NCBI GenBank assembly: GCA_022566265.1
Contig: JADFJG010000003.1
Coordinates: 7,572 to 71,571, forward strand
Source: Pseudomonadota bacterium
GTDB taxonomy: Bacteria > Pseudomonadota > Alphaproteobacteria > SMXQ01
DNA: 64,000 bases
Reading direction: 5' to 3'
Shown here: in pieces, positions 38,935 to 52,003 of the stretch
How the letters are laid out: every line of letters begins with the position of its first letter
Numbering within the stretch: position 1 is the first letter of the stretch
The notes under the pieces: model-generated
The model's input: only the letters and a program-made list of their open reading frames with translations
Database searches by the model: none
Told to the model about the DNA's origin: nothing
Program-made: the position numbers and the translations under genes

Positions 38935-40374
38935 ATGATCCGCTCGGTCATACTTGCCCTGGTGCTTGCGTTCGGCTTGGCGGCGCCGGTCCGGGCCGGC
39001 GTCGAAACCGGACTGGCGGCGTACGAGATGGGCGATTATGCCACCGCCATCTCGGAACTGCGCTCGCCGGCGAAACGGGGCGACGGCAGGGCCCAGTACC
39101 AACTCGGCCTGATCTACGCCAAGGGCCAGGGCGTCGATAAGGACAGACTGACGGCGCTCATGTGGTTCACCTGCTCGGCCGCGCAAGAGACCGGCGCGAT
39201 GAGCCGGGAGGCCGCCAAATGGCGTGATCGGATCGCCTCGGGACTGGGCGCGGGCGCCGTTTCCAACGTCCAAAAACTGGCACAGTGGTGCCCGGCCAAG
39301 GTCGGCCCGCGGCCCCGGAAATCCTATCAGGGCGCGAAACTGCCCCGCCGGGTGTCCTGGATCGGCCGTCTGTTCTTCGCGCCGGGCGATTCGATCGTCT
39401 TGGGGATGGTTGTGCTGGCGGACGCCTTTCGCATGCCCACTCTGAGAAAATTCGCCACTCATTTCGTCGTTTATTTCGGCGATCTGTTCCTCGGCGTCGT
39501 TTCGGCCTTAATGTGGCTGCTGTTCGCGGGAACCATATTCCTCCTCAACAAGGTCCGCGTCTCGCTGGACGTTTCACGAAAGAAGAGAGAGGAAGAAACC
39601 CAGCAAGTGGCTCTCGAGCAGCAAATTCTTGCCAATCGCGCGAAGTCGGAATTCCTCGCCAATATGAGCCATGAGCTGAGGACGCCACTGAACGCCATCA
39701 TCGGCTTTTCCGAGATGCTGAAGCAGGAGTTCTTCGGCGACCTCAATGAAAAGCAGGCCGAATATGTCAGGGACATCAACATGTCCGGTTCTCACCTGCT
39801 GAACATCATCAACGACATCCTCGACATTTCGAAGATCGAGGCCGGCAACATGGAGCTCAACGATGAAGAGGTCGACTTGGAAGAGATGATCGACGGCTGC
39901 ATCTCTCTGGTAAAGCACCGCGCCGATACCGGGCAGGTCACCCTCGTCACCGACTTCCGGTCATCCATGAAGGTCATTCGCGTCGATGCGCAGAAACTCA
40001 AGCAGATCATGCTCAACCTGCTCTCGAACGCGGTCAAATTCACCCCCGAGGAGGGGACGATCGAAGTCGGAGTCGACGTCGACAAGGAAGGGGCCTTCGT
40101 GCTGAGCGTGACCGACACCGGCGTCGGCATGTCGCCCGAACAGATACCGGAGGCGATGCGGCCTTTCGGGCAGGTGGACAACGCCATCAGCCGGGAATCC
40201 GAAGGCACCGGTCTCGGTCTGCCATTGACCAAGTCCCTGGTCGAAGCCCACGGCGGCACCCTCGAGGTTGAAAGCAACCTTGGGGTCGGCACCACGATTA
40301 CCCTTCGCTTCCCGCCGGAACGGACGGTCGATTACCTGCCGATCTACGACGATCAACTGGTCGTCGCGCAGTAA
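38935..40374 (+). CDS. Sensor histidine kinase with periplasmic Sel1/TPR-like domain (PleC/DivJ-like H-box)
   Basis: Signal/TM region, Sel1 repeat (AQYQLGLIYAKGQGVDKD), a second TM block, H-box KSEFLANMSHELRTPLNAIIGFSE, then HATPase_c (LLSNAVKFTPEEG, DTGVGM, GTGLGL). The ORF-track start at 38725 is over-extended. Confidence 0.8.
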   Translation: MIRSVILALVLAFGLAAPVRAGVETGLAAYEMGDYATAISELRSPAKRGDGRAQYQLGLIYAKGQGVDKDRLTALMWFTCSAAQETGAMSREAAKWRDRIASGLGAGAVSNVQKLAQWCPAKVGPRPRKSYQGAKLPRRVSWIGRLFFAPGDSIVLGMVVLADAFRMPTLRKFATHFVVYFGDLFLGVVSALMWLLFAGTIFLLNKVRVSLDVSRKKREEETQQVALEQQILANRAKSEFLANMSHELRTPLNAIIGFSEMLKQEFFGDLNEKQAEYVRDINMSGSHLLNIINDILDISKIEAGNMELNDEEVDLEEMIDGCISLVKHRADTGQVTLVTDFRSSMKVIRVDAQKLKQIMLNLLSNAVKFTPEEGTIEVGVDVDKEGAFVLSVTDTGVGMSPEQIPEAMRPFGQVDNAISRESEGTGLGLPLTKSLVEAHGGTLEVESNLGVGTTITLRFPPERTVDYLPIYDDQLVVAQ

Positions 40375-40520
40375 TACCAAAGGTCCTCAGGCGCGGCGCC
40401 AACCCCCGGCGGCGTCCCATTCGCACATCGTGCCGCCGCTTCCCCTTGCCCTCGGGCGCAATTCAGGCTAGAGCGGGTCACCGCGGCCGGAGACGTTCCG
40501 GTTGCCGCCCGCTATCCTGA

Positions 40521-41585
<1,065 letters not shown>

Positions 41586-41815
41586 GACGAGTGGACCGGT
41601 TTGGCGTGAAGGACGGCGGTGTTTCCGGCGCCGGCGCCGGTGGGGGCGCCCGCACCGGGGATTCCCGCGGCTATTTACCTTTGCTTAAGCGTTTGGCGAT
41701 GTAAATGCGGCACCGCGACCTACATACTGTCACTGGCGATCCCTACCCGGCGGAATGGCGCCGGGCTTGTGCGTTCAAGAGACAACCCATCCGCCGGTCA
41801 CGCGAGTAGGCGAAG

Positions 41816-42984
<1,169 letters not shown>

Positions 42985-42985
<1 letters not shown>

Positions 42986-43866
42986 TGGCGATCCTGGTGA
43001 ACGGCGGGACCAAGGTGATCTGCCAGGGCTTCACCGGCTCCCAGGGCACCTTCCACTCCGAGCAGGCGATCGAATACGGCACCCGCATGGTCGGCGGCGT
43101 CACCCCGGGCAAGGGGGGGATGACCCATCTCGGCCTTCCGGTGTTCGACACCGTCACCGAGGCCATCGCCGAGACCGGCGCCAACGCTTCCGCCATCTAC
43201 GTGCCGCCGGCCTTTGCCGCCGACGCCATATTGGAGGCGATCGACGCCGGTGTCCCCCTGGTGGTGTGCATCACCGAGGGCATCCCCGTGCTCGACATGC
43301 TGCGCGTCAAGCGCGCGCTCGAGGGTTCGAAGACGCGTCTTGTCGGCCCCAACTGTCCCGGCGTGATCACGCCCGGCGAGTGCAAGATCGGCATCATGCC
43401 GGGCCAAATCCACGCCCGCGGCAAGATCGGCATTGTTTCACGCTCCGGCACGCTTACCTACGAGGCGGTGGCCCAGACGACCGCCGCGGGACTGGGCCAG
43501 TCGAGTTGCGTCGGCATCGGCGGCGATCCCATCAACGGCACCAATTTCGTCGATTGCCTGGAGCTCTTTTTCGCCGATCCCGAGACCGAGGCGGTGATCA
43601 TGATCGGCGAGATCGGCGGCACCGCCGAGGAGGATGCCGCGGACTTCGTGAAATCGGCAAAGAACAAAAAGCCGGTGGTCGGTTTCATCGCCGGCCTCAC
43701 CGCCCCGCCGGGCCGGCGCATGGGCCATGCCGGGGCCATCATATCCGGCGGCAAGGGAAGCGCCGGCGACAAGATCGAGGCGCTGAGAAGCGCCGGGATC
43801 GTCGTTTCCGATTCACCCGCGGCCCTTGGCACCACCATGCTCGGCGTCATGCGGGACGGCGGCTAG
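42985..43866 (+). CDS. sucD: Succinyl-CoA synthetase alpha subunit
   Basis: [19 protein letters not shown] and the SRSGTLTYE (active-site His region) motifs. Confidence 0.95.
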
Positions 43867-43875
43867 AGCGCGCAC

Positions 43876-46770
43876 ATGACCATAGAGATCGACCGGAACT
43901 CCTTCCTTTCCGGCGCCAACAGCGCCTTCATCGAGGAGCTTTACCAGCGCTACCTCGCCGATCCCCATTCGGTCGATCCCGACTGGGCCGGTTTCTTCGC
44001 CGGTTTGAACGAGGATGCCGGCGAGGTGCTGAAGGAATTGCGCGGCGCTTCCTGGTCGCCCAAGGGGACGCGCGTGATCACCAACGGCGAGAACGGGGTC
44101 GAGGCTTTCGCCGGCCCCAAGGCGGGCACGGTCGATGGCGCCCTGGCCGGCGCCGGAGCCGACGAGATCCGCGCCGCCACCCTCGATTCGATCCGCGCCC
44201 TGATGCTGATCCGCGCCTACCGGGTGCGCGGCCATTTGCTCGCCGATCTCGACCCGCTCGGGCTCGAGGAGCGCCCGCCCCATCCCGAGCTGGAGCCGGC
44301 GAGCTACGGCTTCACCGAGGCCGACTACGACCGCGAGATCTTCATCAATTACGTCCTCGGGCTGGAAACGGCGACGCTCGCACAGATCCTCGAGGTGGTG
44401 AAACAGACCTATTGCGCCAAGGTCGGGGTCGAATTCATGCATATCCAGGATCCCGACGAGAAGGCCTGGATCCAGGAGCGGGTGGAAAGCACCCGCAACG
44501 CGCCCGAATTCAGCCCCGACGAAAAGAAGATGATCTACCGGGACCTGGTTGAAGCCGAGGGCTTCGAGCAGTTCCTGCATGTCAAGCATACCGCCACCAA
44601 GCGGTTCGGCCTCGACGGCGCCGAGGCCACCATCACCGCGCTCGAGGAGATCATCCATAGCGCCCGGCGGCTCGGCGTCGAGGAGATCGTCCTCGGCATG
44701 CCGCACCGCGGCCGGTTGAACGTCCTCGCCAACATCATGTACAAGCCCTATGCCGCCATTTTTTCCGAGTTCCAGGGGAATCCGGCGAACCCCGAGGACG
44801 TCCAGGGTTCCGGCGACGTCAAATACCATCTCGGCACCTCGGCGGATCGTGAGTTCGAGGGCTCGACGCTTCACCTCTCTCTCAACCCCAATCCTTCGCA
44901 TCTCGAGGCGGTCGACCCGGTGGTCGTCGGCAAGGTCCGGGCCAAGCAGGCCCAGCGCGGCGATACCGAGCGCATCAAGGTTCTCGGCATCCTGATGCAC
45001 GGCGACGCCTCCTTCGCCGGCCAGGGGCTGGTGGCGGAGACCTTCGATTTCTCGGGCCTGCGCGGCTATCGCACCGGCGGCACCGTGCACCTGATCGTCA
45101 ACAACCAGATCGGCTTCACCACCTCGCCCCACTATTCGCGCTCCTCCCCCTATCCCTCGGATGTCGCCAAGATGGTCCAGGCGCCGATCTTCCACGTCAA
45201 CGGCGACGACCCGGAGGCGGTGGTCCACGTCGCCCGCACCGCCATCGAATACCGGCAGCTTTTCCGCAAGGATGTCGTCATCGACTTGTTCTGCTACCGC
45301 CGCTTCGGCCATAACGAGGGCGACGAGCCGTCCTTCACCCAGCCCCTGATGTACCGCAAGATCAAGGACCACCCGACGACGCGCGAAATCTACGCACGAA
45401 AACTCGCCGCCGAGGGGGTGCTCGGCGAGGACGAGGCGGAAGAGATCCGCGATGATTTCCGCCGCCGCCTCGAACAGGAGTTCGAAGCTTCCAAGACCTA
45501 CAAGCCCAACAAGGCCGACTGGCTCGAGGGCGCGTGGAGCGGCTTCGAGGTCGCCTCGGGCGATGTCCGGCGCGGCGAAACCGTGGTCGATGAAGAGGTG
45601 CTAATCGAGATCGGGAGGGTGCTGTCCGAGCGGCCCGAGAACCTCAAGATCCACTCCCGTATCGGGCGGTTGTTGGACGCCAAGCGCCGGATGTTCGAGA
45701 CCGGCGAGGGCATCGACTGGGCGACGGCCGAGGCGCTGGCCTTCGGGACGCTGCTGGTGGAGGGCACAAGGGTGCGCTTCAGCGGCCAGGATTCGGCCCG
45801 TGGCACTTTTTCACAACGCCATGCCGTGCTCGTCGACCAGGAGACGGAGGAGCGCTTCGTCCCGCTCAATCACCTGCGCCCGGACCAGGCGCCCTTCGAT
45901 ATCATCGACAGTCCCCTGTCCGAGGCCTCCGTGCTCGGTTTCGAGTACGGCTATTCCACCGCCGAACCCAACGTTTTGGTGCTGTGGGAGGCGCAGTTCG
46001 GCGATTTCGCCAATGGCGCCCAGGTCATCATCGACCAGTTCATCGCCTCGGGGGAGTCCAAGTGGCTGCGCATGAGCGGGCTGGTGATGCTGCTGCCCCA
46101 CGGCTTCGAGGGACAGGGGCCGGAGCACTCCTCGGGCCGGGTCGAGCGTTACCTGCAACTTTGCGCCGAGGACAACATGCAGGTGGTCAATTGCACGACG
46201 CCGGCCAACTATTTCCACGTCCTGCGCCGTCAGATGCGCCGCAAGTTCCGCAAGCCTCTCATCGTCATGACGCCGAAGTCGCTGTTGCGTCACAAGCTCT
46301 GCGTCTCGAAGCTCTCCGAGATGGGGTCGGGATCGTCGTTTCACCGGGCGCTGTGGGACGACGCCCAACTCAGCGGCGAGATCTGTTCCGACCTCGGCAT
46401 AAAACGGGTGGTGCTGTGCACCGGCAAGGTCTACTACGACCTTTTCCAGGGCCGCGCCGAGGCCGGTGTGAACGATATCTACCTGTTGAGGCTCGAGCAG
46501 CTTTATCCGTTCCCCCGCAAGGCCCTCACCGAGGAGCTCGGCCGCTTCCCCGGCGCCGAAATGGTGTGGTGCCAGGAAGAACCGAAGAACATGGGGGCCT
46601 GGAGCTTCGTCGAACCGAGGATCGAAGAGGTGCTCGGCGAGATCGGCGCCAAGCACGGCCGGGCGCGTTATGTCGGCCGTACCGAGGCGGCGTCGACGGC
46701 GACCGGGCTTCTCAGGACCCATAACCGCGAACAGGCCGAGATCATCGAAGCCGCGCTCAAGTTGGCGTGA
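43876..46770 (+). CDS. sucA: 2-oxoglutarate dehydrogenase E1 component
   Basis: 964 aa with E1o motifs (RAYRVRGHLLADLDPL, GMPHRGRLNVL and the TPP-binding region). Confidence 0.95.
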   Translation: MTIEIDRNSFLSGANSAFIEELYQRYLADPHSVDPDWAGFFAGLNEDAGEVLKELRGASWSPKGTRVITNGENGVEAFAGPKAGTVDGALAGAGADEIRAATLDSIRALMLIRAYRVRGHLLADLDPLGLEERPPHPELEPASYGFTEADYDREIFINYVLGLETATLAQILEVVKQTYCAKVGVEFMHIQDPDEKAWIQERVESTRNAPEFSPDEKKMIYRDLVEAEGFEQFLHVKHTATKRFGLDGAEATITALEEIIHSARRLGVEEIVLGMPHRGRLNVLANIMYKPYAAIFSEFQGNPANPEDVQGSGDVKYHLGTSADREFEGSTLHLSLNPNPSHLEAVDPVVVGKVRAKQAQRGDTERIKVLGILMHGDASFAGQGLVAETFDFSGLRGYRTGGTVHLIVNNQIGFTTSPHYSRSSPYPSDVAKMVQAPIFHVNGDDPEAVVHVARTAIEYRQLFRKDVVIDLFCYRRFGHNEGDEPSFTQPLMYRKIKDHPTTREIYARKLAAEGVLGEDEAEEIRDDFRRRLEQEFEASKTYKPNKADWLEGAWSGFEVASGDVRRGETVVDEEVLIEIGRVLSERPENLKIHSRIGRLLDAKRRMFETGEGIDWATAEALAFGTLLVEGTRVRFSGQDSARGTFSQRHAVLVDQETEERFVPLNHLRPDQAPFDIIDSPLSEASVLGFEYGYSTAEPNVLVLWEAQFGDFANGAQVIIDQFIASGESKWLRMSGLVMLLPHGFEGQGPEHSSGRVERYLQLCAEDNMQVVNCTTPANYFHVLRRQMRRKFRKPLIVMTPKSLLRHKLCVSKLSEMGSGSSFHRALWDDAQLSGEICSDLGIKRVVLCTGKVYYDLFQGRAEAGVNDIYLLRLEQLYPFPRKALTEELGRFPGAEMVWCQEEPKNMGAWSFVEPRIEEVLGEIGAKHGRARYVGRTEAASTATGLLRTHNREQAEIIEAALKLA

Positions 46771-46803
46771 CGCCTTGGCCGTTGAAGGAAATGTGAAGCC
46801 AAG

Positions 46804-48102
46804 ATGACTGTGGAAATTATCGTTCCGGCGCTGGGCGAATCGATCACCGAAGCGACCGTGACCAAATGGTTGAAGGCGGAGGGGGATGCCGTCGAAGTCG
46901 ATGAGCCCCTGGTCGAGCTCGAAACCGACAAGGTCGCGGTGGAGGTCAACGCCGAGACCGCCGGCGTGTTGAGCGAGATCGTCGCCAAGGACGGCGACGA
47001 GGTCGAGATCGGCGCCGTTCTCGGGCGCATCTCGGAGGGCGACGGGGCGGCCGAGGCGAAGCCGCAAACCGCCGCCGAGGCCCCGCCGCCCGCTGAGACC
47101 GTCGAGCCCGAGCCGCCCGCAGAGCCGCCCGCAGAGCCCGCCGCCCCTCCCGCCGAGGCGCCGCCGCCGGGCGAACCCGCCATGGCGCTTTCGCCGGCGG
47201 TGCGCAAGATCATCGACGATAACCGCCTCGATCCGTCGGCCATCCCGGCGACCGGCAAGGCCGGCCGGCTGACCAAGGGCGACGTGCTGGGTTTCCTCGA
47301 ATCCGGCGCCAAATCAGGCGGCGCGGGCGCCAAGCCGGCGCCTTCGACGCCGTCCCCAAGCGCCGTCCCCGCCACCGCCCCGGCTGGCGCGTCGGCGCCC
47401 CGGCCGCGCGAGGAGCGGGTCAAGATGTCGCGCCTGCGCCGGCGCATCGCCGAACGCCTCAAGGAGGCCCAGAACACCGCCGCCATGCTCACCACCTTCA
47501 ACGAGGTCGACATGTCGGCGGTGATCGCCGCGCGCAAGGATCACCGCGACGCGTTCGAGAAGAAGCACGGCGTCAGGCTCGGCTTCATGTCGTTCTTCGT
47601 CAAGGCCTGCATCGTCGCCCTCAAGGAAATCCCCGAGGTCAACGCCGAGATCGACGGCGACGACATCGTCTACAAGAACCATTACGACATCGGCGTCGCC
47701 GTCGGTTCCAAACAGGGGCTGGTGGTGCCGGTCATCAGGGACGCCGACGCCATGAGCTTCGCCGAGATCGAACAGGCCATTGCCCGGCTCGGGGCCAAGG
47801 CCAGGGACGGCAAACTCACCATGGACGACCTCACCGGCGGCACCTTCACCATCTCCAACGGCGGTGTATACGGCTCGTTGCTGTCGACCCCGATCCTCAA
47901 CCCGCCCCAGTCCGGCATATTGGGAATGCACAAGATCCAGCCCCGCCCCATGGCGGTGGGGGACAGTATCGAAATCCGCCCCGAGATGTACCTGGCGCTC
48001 AGTTACGATCACCGTCTCGTCGACGGGCGCGAGGCGGTCACCTTCCTGGTGCGCGTCAAGGAATGCATCGAGGAACCGCAACGCATCCTTTTGGACGTCT
48101 GA
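46804..48102 (+). CDS. sucB: Dihydrolipoyllysine-residue succinyltransferase (E2o)
   Basis: Lipoyl domain ([10 protein letters not shown]), Ala/Pro linker, and a catalytic domain ending [11 protein letters not shown]. Confidence 0.92.
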   Translation: MTVEIIVPALGESITEATVTKWLKAEGDAVEVDEPLVELETDKVAVEVNAETAGVLSEIVAKDGDEVEIGAVLGRISEGDGAAEAKPQTAAEAPPPAETVEPEPPAEPPAEPAAPPAEAPPPGEPAMALSPAVRKIIDDNRLDPSAIPATGKAGRLTKGDVLGFLESGAKSGGAGAKPAPSTPSPSAVPATAPAGASAPRPREERVKMSRLRRRIAERLKEAQNTAAMLTTFNEVDMSAVIAARKDHRDAFEKKHGVRLGFMSFFVKACIVALKEIPEVNAEIDGDDIVYKNHYDIGVAVGSKQGLVVPVIRDADAMSFAEIEQAIARLGAKARDGKLTMDDLTGGTFTISNGGVYGSLLSTPILNPPQSGILGMHKIQPRPMAVGDSIEIRPEMYLALSYDHRLVDGREAVTFLVRVKECIEEPQRILLDV

Positions 48103-48111
48103 CCGGGGCGG

Positions 48112-49554
48112 ATGGCGGCCATGAGCGACAACAGCTTCGATCTCATCGTCATCGGCGCCGGTCCCGGCGGCTATGTCGCCGCCATCCGCGCCGCCCAGTT
48201 GGGGATGAACGTCGCCTGCGTCGAAAAGCGCGGCTCCCTTGGCGGCACCTGCCTCAACGTCGGCTGCATCCCGTCGAAGGCGCTGCTCCATTCGTCCGAG
48301 CTTTACCACAAGGCCCGCCACGGGCTTGGCGATCACGGCATCAAGGTGGAGAAGGCCACACTCGACCTCGACGCCATGATGGCCCAGAAGACGAAGGTCG
48401 TCGGCGACCTCACCAAGGGGATCGAGTTCCTGTTCAAGAAGAACAAGGTCACCTACCTGCGGGGCGCCGCCGGGATCGCCAAGGCCGGCGAGGTGACCGT
48501 CACCGCCGATAATTCTGGTGGCGATGGCGCCGGTAACGGCGGGACCGACACCTATAAGGCCGCCAACATCGTGATCGCCACCGGCTCGGTTACGGTGGCG
48601 CTGCCGGGGATCGAGGTCGACGAGCAGGCGATCGTGTCGTCCACCGGCGCCCTGTCGCTGCCCGAGGTGCCCAATCATCTGGTGGTCGTCGGCGGCGGCT
48701 ATATCGGGCTCGAGTTGGGCTCGGTGTGGGCGCGCCTCGGCTCCAGGGTCACCGTCGTCGAGTTCCTCGATACCATCCTCGCCACCATGGACGGCGAGAT
48801 CGCCAAGCATATGGGGCGCATCCTCGCCAAGCAGGGCATGGAGTTCAGGCTCTCGACCAAGGTCACGGCGGCGAACAGGACCGCCGACGGGATATCGCTG
48901 GCGCTCGAGCCGGCCGAGGGCGGCGCGGCCGAGACCCTGGATTGCGACGTCGTCCTGGTCGCCGTCGGCAGGCGGCCTGTTACGGCGGGCCTCGGCCTCG
49001 AGGCGGCGGGCGTGGCGCTCGACAATGGCGGCCGGGTTACGGTCGATTCCAGTTATCTGACCAACGTCGAGGGGATTTACGCCATCGGCGACGTGATCGA
49101 AGGGCCGATGCTGGCGCATAAGGCGGAAGACGAGGGCGTCGTCGTCGCCGAGATCATCGCCGGGCAGTCGGGCCACGTGAACTACGACGCCATCCCGGGG
49201 GTGGTCTACACCTGGCCCGAGGCCGCTTCCGTCGGCAAGACCGAGGAAGAGCTCAAGGCCGCCGGCGTCGATTATAAACTCGGCAAGTTTCCCTTCGCCG
49301 CCAACAGCCGGGGGCGGACCAACGCCGAGACCGACGGTTTCGTCAAGATTCTCGCCGACGCCGGCGACGACAAGATCCTGGGCGCCCACATCATCGGCGC
49401 CCATGCCGGCACCATGATCGCCGAATTGGTGCTGGCGATGGAGTTCGGCGCCTCGGCCGAGGACCTCGCGCGCACCACCCACGCCCACCCGACCGTCAGC
49501 GAAGCGGTCAAGGAGGCGGCCCTCGCCGTCGCCGGCCGCGCCATCCATATCTAG
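48112..49554 (+). CDS. lpdA: Dihydrolipoyl dehydrogenase (E3)
   Basis: FDLIVIGAGPGGYVAA FAD motif and the redox-active disulfide GGTCLNVGCIPSK. Confidence 0.92.
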   Translation: MAAMSDNSFDLIVIGAGPGGYVAAIRAAQLGMNVACVEKRGSLGGTCLNVGCIPSKALLHSSELYHKARHGLGDHGIKVEKATLDLDAMMAQKTKVVGDLTKGIEFLFKKNKVTYLRGAAGIAKAGEVTVTADNSGGDGAGNGGTDTYKAANIVIATGSVTVALPGIEVDEQAIVSSTGALSLPEVPNHLVVVGGGYIGLELGSVWARLGSRVTVVEFLDTILATMDGEIAKHMGRILAKQGMEFRLSTKVTAANRTADGISLALEPAEGGAAETLDCDVVLVAVGRRPVTAGLGLEAAGVALDNGGRVTVDSSYLTNVEGIYAIGDVIEGPMLAHKAEDEGVVVAEIIAGQSGHVNYDAIPGVVYTWPEAASVGKTEEELKAAGVDYKLGKFPFAANSRGRTNAETDGFVKILADAGDDKILGAHIIGAHAGTMIAELVLAMEFGASAEDLARTTHAHPTVSEAVKEAALAVAGRAIHI

Positions 49555-49589
49555 GGTTCTCTGAGCCGCATCGCGGACTTGAACGGTGA

Positions 49590-49742
49590 TGCCGGTGGGG
49601 TATTCCGCCGCGCCGGCCTCGGGCGGCGTCGCAAGCCTACAGGCTGCGGGTCGGCGACTGGCGGGTGATCTATGAAGTGGACAGGAAAACAAGGACGATG
49701 CACGTTGTCGTCATCGCACCGAGAGGAAGGGCGTACCGATGA
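49590..49742 (+). pseudogene. Remnant of a RelE/ParE-family toxin gene (C-terminal ~45 aa only)
   Basis: The frame reads ...QAYRLRVGDWRVIYEVDRKTRTMHVVVIAPRGRAYR*, the hallmark RelE C-terminus. An in-frame stop at 49587 and the lpdA stop at 49554 leave no room for the N-terminal half. Confidence 0.55.
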
Positions 49743-50128
49743 AAAACCGTATCCAGACCATCGACCGCGACGGCAAGCCCGAATATGCCGTGATCCCCTG
49801 GGCCGACTATCTTCGCCTGACGGAAGGCGCGGGCGAGATCGACGACGAGACGCTCTATGCCCGCGCCAAGGCCGCCGATGAAGGCTTTGAGCCGATCCCC
49901 GGTGAGATCGCCGAGCGGATTTTCGCCGGCGAAGCCCCCATCCGCGTCTTTCGCCAATGGCGCGGGCTCAAGGTCAAGGAACTTGCCGGAAGGGCCGGCA
50001 TCTCGCCTTCCTATCTCTCCGAGATCGAACACGGCAAAGGCGCCGGCGTGACCACCTTGCTGGCGATCGCCAGGGAACTCTCCGTCGGCATCGATTTGAT
50101 CGTGACGGAGGGCGGCGAGAACGCCTGA
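49739..50128 (+). CDS. HTH (XRE-type) antitoxin-like protein, HigA-like, orphaned by toxin decay
   Basis: The C-terminal HTH (LKVKELAGRAGISPSYLSEIEHGK) is XRE-like. The ATG overlaps the toxin-remnant stop (ATGA), the classic toxin-first higBA arrangement. Confidence 0.6.
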   Translation: MKNRIQTIDRDGKPEYAVIPWADYLRLTEGAGEIDDETLYARAKAADEGFEPIPGEIAERIFAGEAPIRVFRQWRGLKVKELAGRAGISPSYLSEIEHGKGAGVTTLLAIARELSVGIDLIVTEGGENA

Positions 50129-50164
50129 GAGACGGTCGAGACGATGCCTCGCGTCGGGTGATTG

Positions 50165-51154
50165 CTAGAATTCGTCGGCGGCGCGATCGGCCATCGCTCT
50201 CGGATGGGACCGGCGGTAGACCTCCATGAGCTTGGCGTCATCGACCGCGGTGTAGCGCTGGGTGGTCGACAGCGAGACGTGCCCCAGGAGTTCCTGGATG
50301 GTGCGGAGATCGCCGCCATTGGCCAACAGGTGGGTGGCGAAGCTGTGGCGCAGCGCGTGCGGCGTCGCCGTCTCCGCCAGCCCCAACAGGGCGCGCAGCG
50401 TGCGCATCCGTTTCTGCACCACGCCCGCCGCGAGCCGCTTGCCGCGCACGCCGACGAACAACGGACCGTCGGCCTCGAGACGATGGGGGCAGGCGGCGAG
50501 ATAGGACGCGATGCCCTCGCGCACGACGCTGAGCACCGGCACCATGCGTTGCTTGTTGCCCTTGCCGGTGACCACCATGGAGTCACCGATTGGCGCCTGG
50601 CGGCGGTCCAACGCCAGCGCCTCGCCGATGCGCAGGCCGCAACCGTAAAGCAGCGTCAACAGCGCCGCGTCGCGCTTGGCGACCCAGGGCTCGCCGCCGA
50701 GCATGCCTGTGCCCTCGAGGGTCTCGCGCGCTTCCGCCGGCGACAGCGGTTTGGGCACCGATCTCGGCACCTTCGGCGTGCGCACGCCGTCGATGGCGGC
50801 GTTATGGACCAGATCGCGGCGTTCCAGCCGGCGGAAGAAGCCGCGAAGGGTCGACAACGCCCGCGCCGTCGAGGTGCGCGCTCCGCCCGCCGCCGCCCGG
50901 CGCGCCAGGTAGGAGCGGAAATCCGCCGGCCGCAAGGCGGCGAGATCGGCCAAGCCCGGCGGACCGCCGAGATGTTCCGACAGGAAGATCAGGAAGTGGT
51001 CGAGATCGCGCCGGTAGGCGGCAAGGGTGTGGGGCGAGGCGCGCTTCTCGTCCGCCAGCCAGTTCCGCCACTCGGCGATGGCGGCGCTGAGCCCCGGATC
51101 GAGATCGGGTGTTATCCTCTTGTGGAGCCGAGTCCCAACCATGTTCGGATGCAA
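50165..51154 (-). CDS. xerC: Tyrosine recombinase XerC
   Basis: Phage-integrase catalytic motifs: the R...HxxR...Y set (TPHALRHSFATHLL...LLGHVSLSTTQRY). The upstream DUF484 gene is the typical xerC neighbourhood. The start may be a downstream ATG (MVGTRL), since the track ORF overlaps DUF484 by 43 bp. Confidence 0.85.
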   Translation of the reverse strand: MHPNMVGTRLHKRITPDLDPGLSAAIAEWRNWLADEKRASPHTLAAYRRDLDHFLIFLSEHLGGPPGLADLAALRPADFRSYLARRAAAGGARTSTARALSTLRGFFRRLERRDLVHNAAIDGVRTPKVPRSVPKPLSPAEARETLEGTGMLGGEPWVAKRDAALLTLLYGCGLRIGEALALDRRQAPIGDSMVVTGKGNKQRMVPVLSVVREGIASYLAACPHRLEADGPLFVGVRGKRLAAGVVQKRMRTLRALLGLAETATPHALRHSFATHLLANGGDLRTIQELLGHVSLSTTQRYTAVDDAKLMEVYRRSHPRAMADRAADEF

Positions 51155-51837
51155 TGCTCGAGCGTGCGGCCGAGAAAACCGAGGAGCTCGGTGCCCTGGT
51201 AGGGATCGAACCGTCCTTCATAGCGCGAGCCCAGCGCCAACATGCCGGTCGGCGCCTCGGGGCTCGGCCTGAGGCGCATCAGCGCTTCCGACTGCACCAG
51301 GGCGGCGGCGGCGCCGTAAATCTCGGGCAATTCCGGGAGCTTGCGGCTGAGCACGATGTCGTGTCCGGGGCCAAGTTGACGGTCGACCTCTCCGGGCTCG
51401 ATCATGTAAATGCCGGATGCCGTTTTTAGCGGCGCATCGTCGGAGGATTCGACGCAGAGCACGACCACGTCGACGTCCATGTGCACGGCGAGATCGGTGC
51501 TCACCGCTTCGATCAGGTTCTCGAACGAGCGCGCCTCGAGAAGCGCCAGGGCGGCGGAATGGACCCGCATCTGGCTGGTCATGTTGGCGCGGCTGGTGGC
51601 CAGCAGTTCGGCCTGGCGCTTCTTGAGGCGCTTGGTCTCGCGGCGCAGCTTCTTGATCATGACGGACTGGAGATCGATCACGCCTTCGCCGCGCCGGTCC
51701 TCGGACGCAAGGAGATGGTCGAGCAATTCCGGATGTTCGGTCAGGAAATCGGGATGACGCCCGAGATATTTGACCACCTGTTCCTGGCGCAAGCCCTTCT
51801 CGCCGGCCACTGCCGCGTCTTTCGGTTTTTGCGTCAC
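51112..51837 (-). CDS. DUF484-family (GAF-like) protein conserved upstream of xerC
   Basis: 241-aa ORF with coding bias. The family assignment is from recall and from conserved synteny with xerC in proteobacteria. Confidence 0.65.
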   Translation of the reverse strand: MTQKPKDAAVAGEKGLRQEQVVKYLGRHPDFLTEHPELLDHLLASEDRRGEGVIDLQSVMIKKLRRETKRLKKRQAELLATSRANMTSQMRVHSAALALLEARSFENLIEAVSTDLAVHMDVDVVVLCVESSDDAPLKTASGIYMIEPGEVDRQLGPGHDIVLSRKLPELPEIYGAAAALVQSEALMRLRPSPEAPTGMLALGSRYEGRFDPYQGTELLGFLGRTLEHCIRTWLGLGSTRG

Positions 51838-52003
51838 GGAACGCCCGCCGGTGCGGGAAGGATGGCATTGATTCCGCCGCTGTTCGCCATGTCGATCAGG
51901 GTTTTCATCTCGCTCGGTGCAGGCTGTGACACGTCGGGGGCCGAAATGTCAAGACCGTCAGATGTATCACCCTGATATGAAAGTAAGTACTAAAGTGTCG
52001 CCC

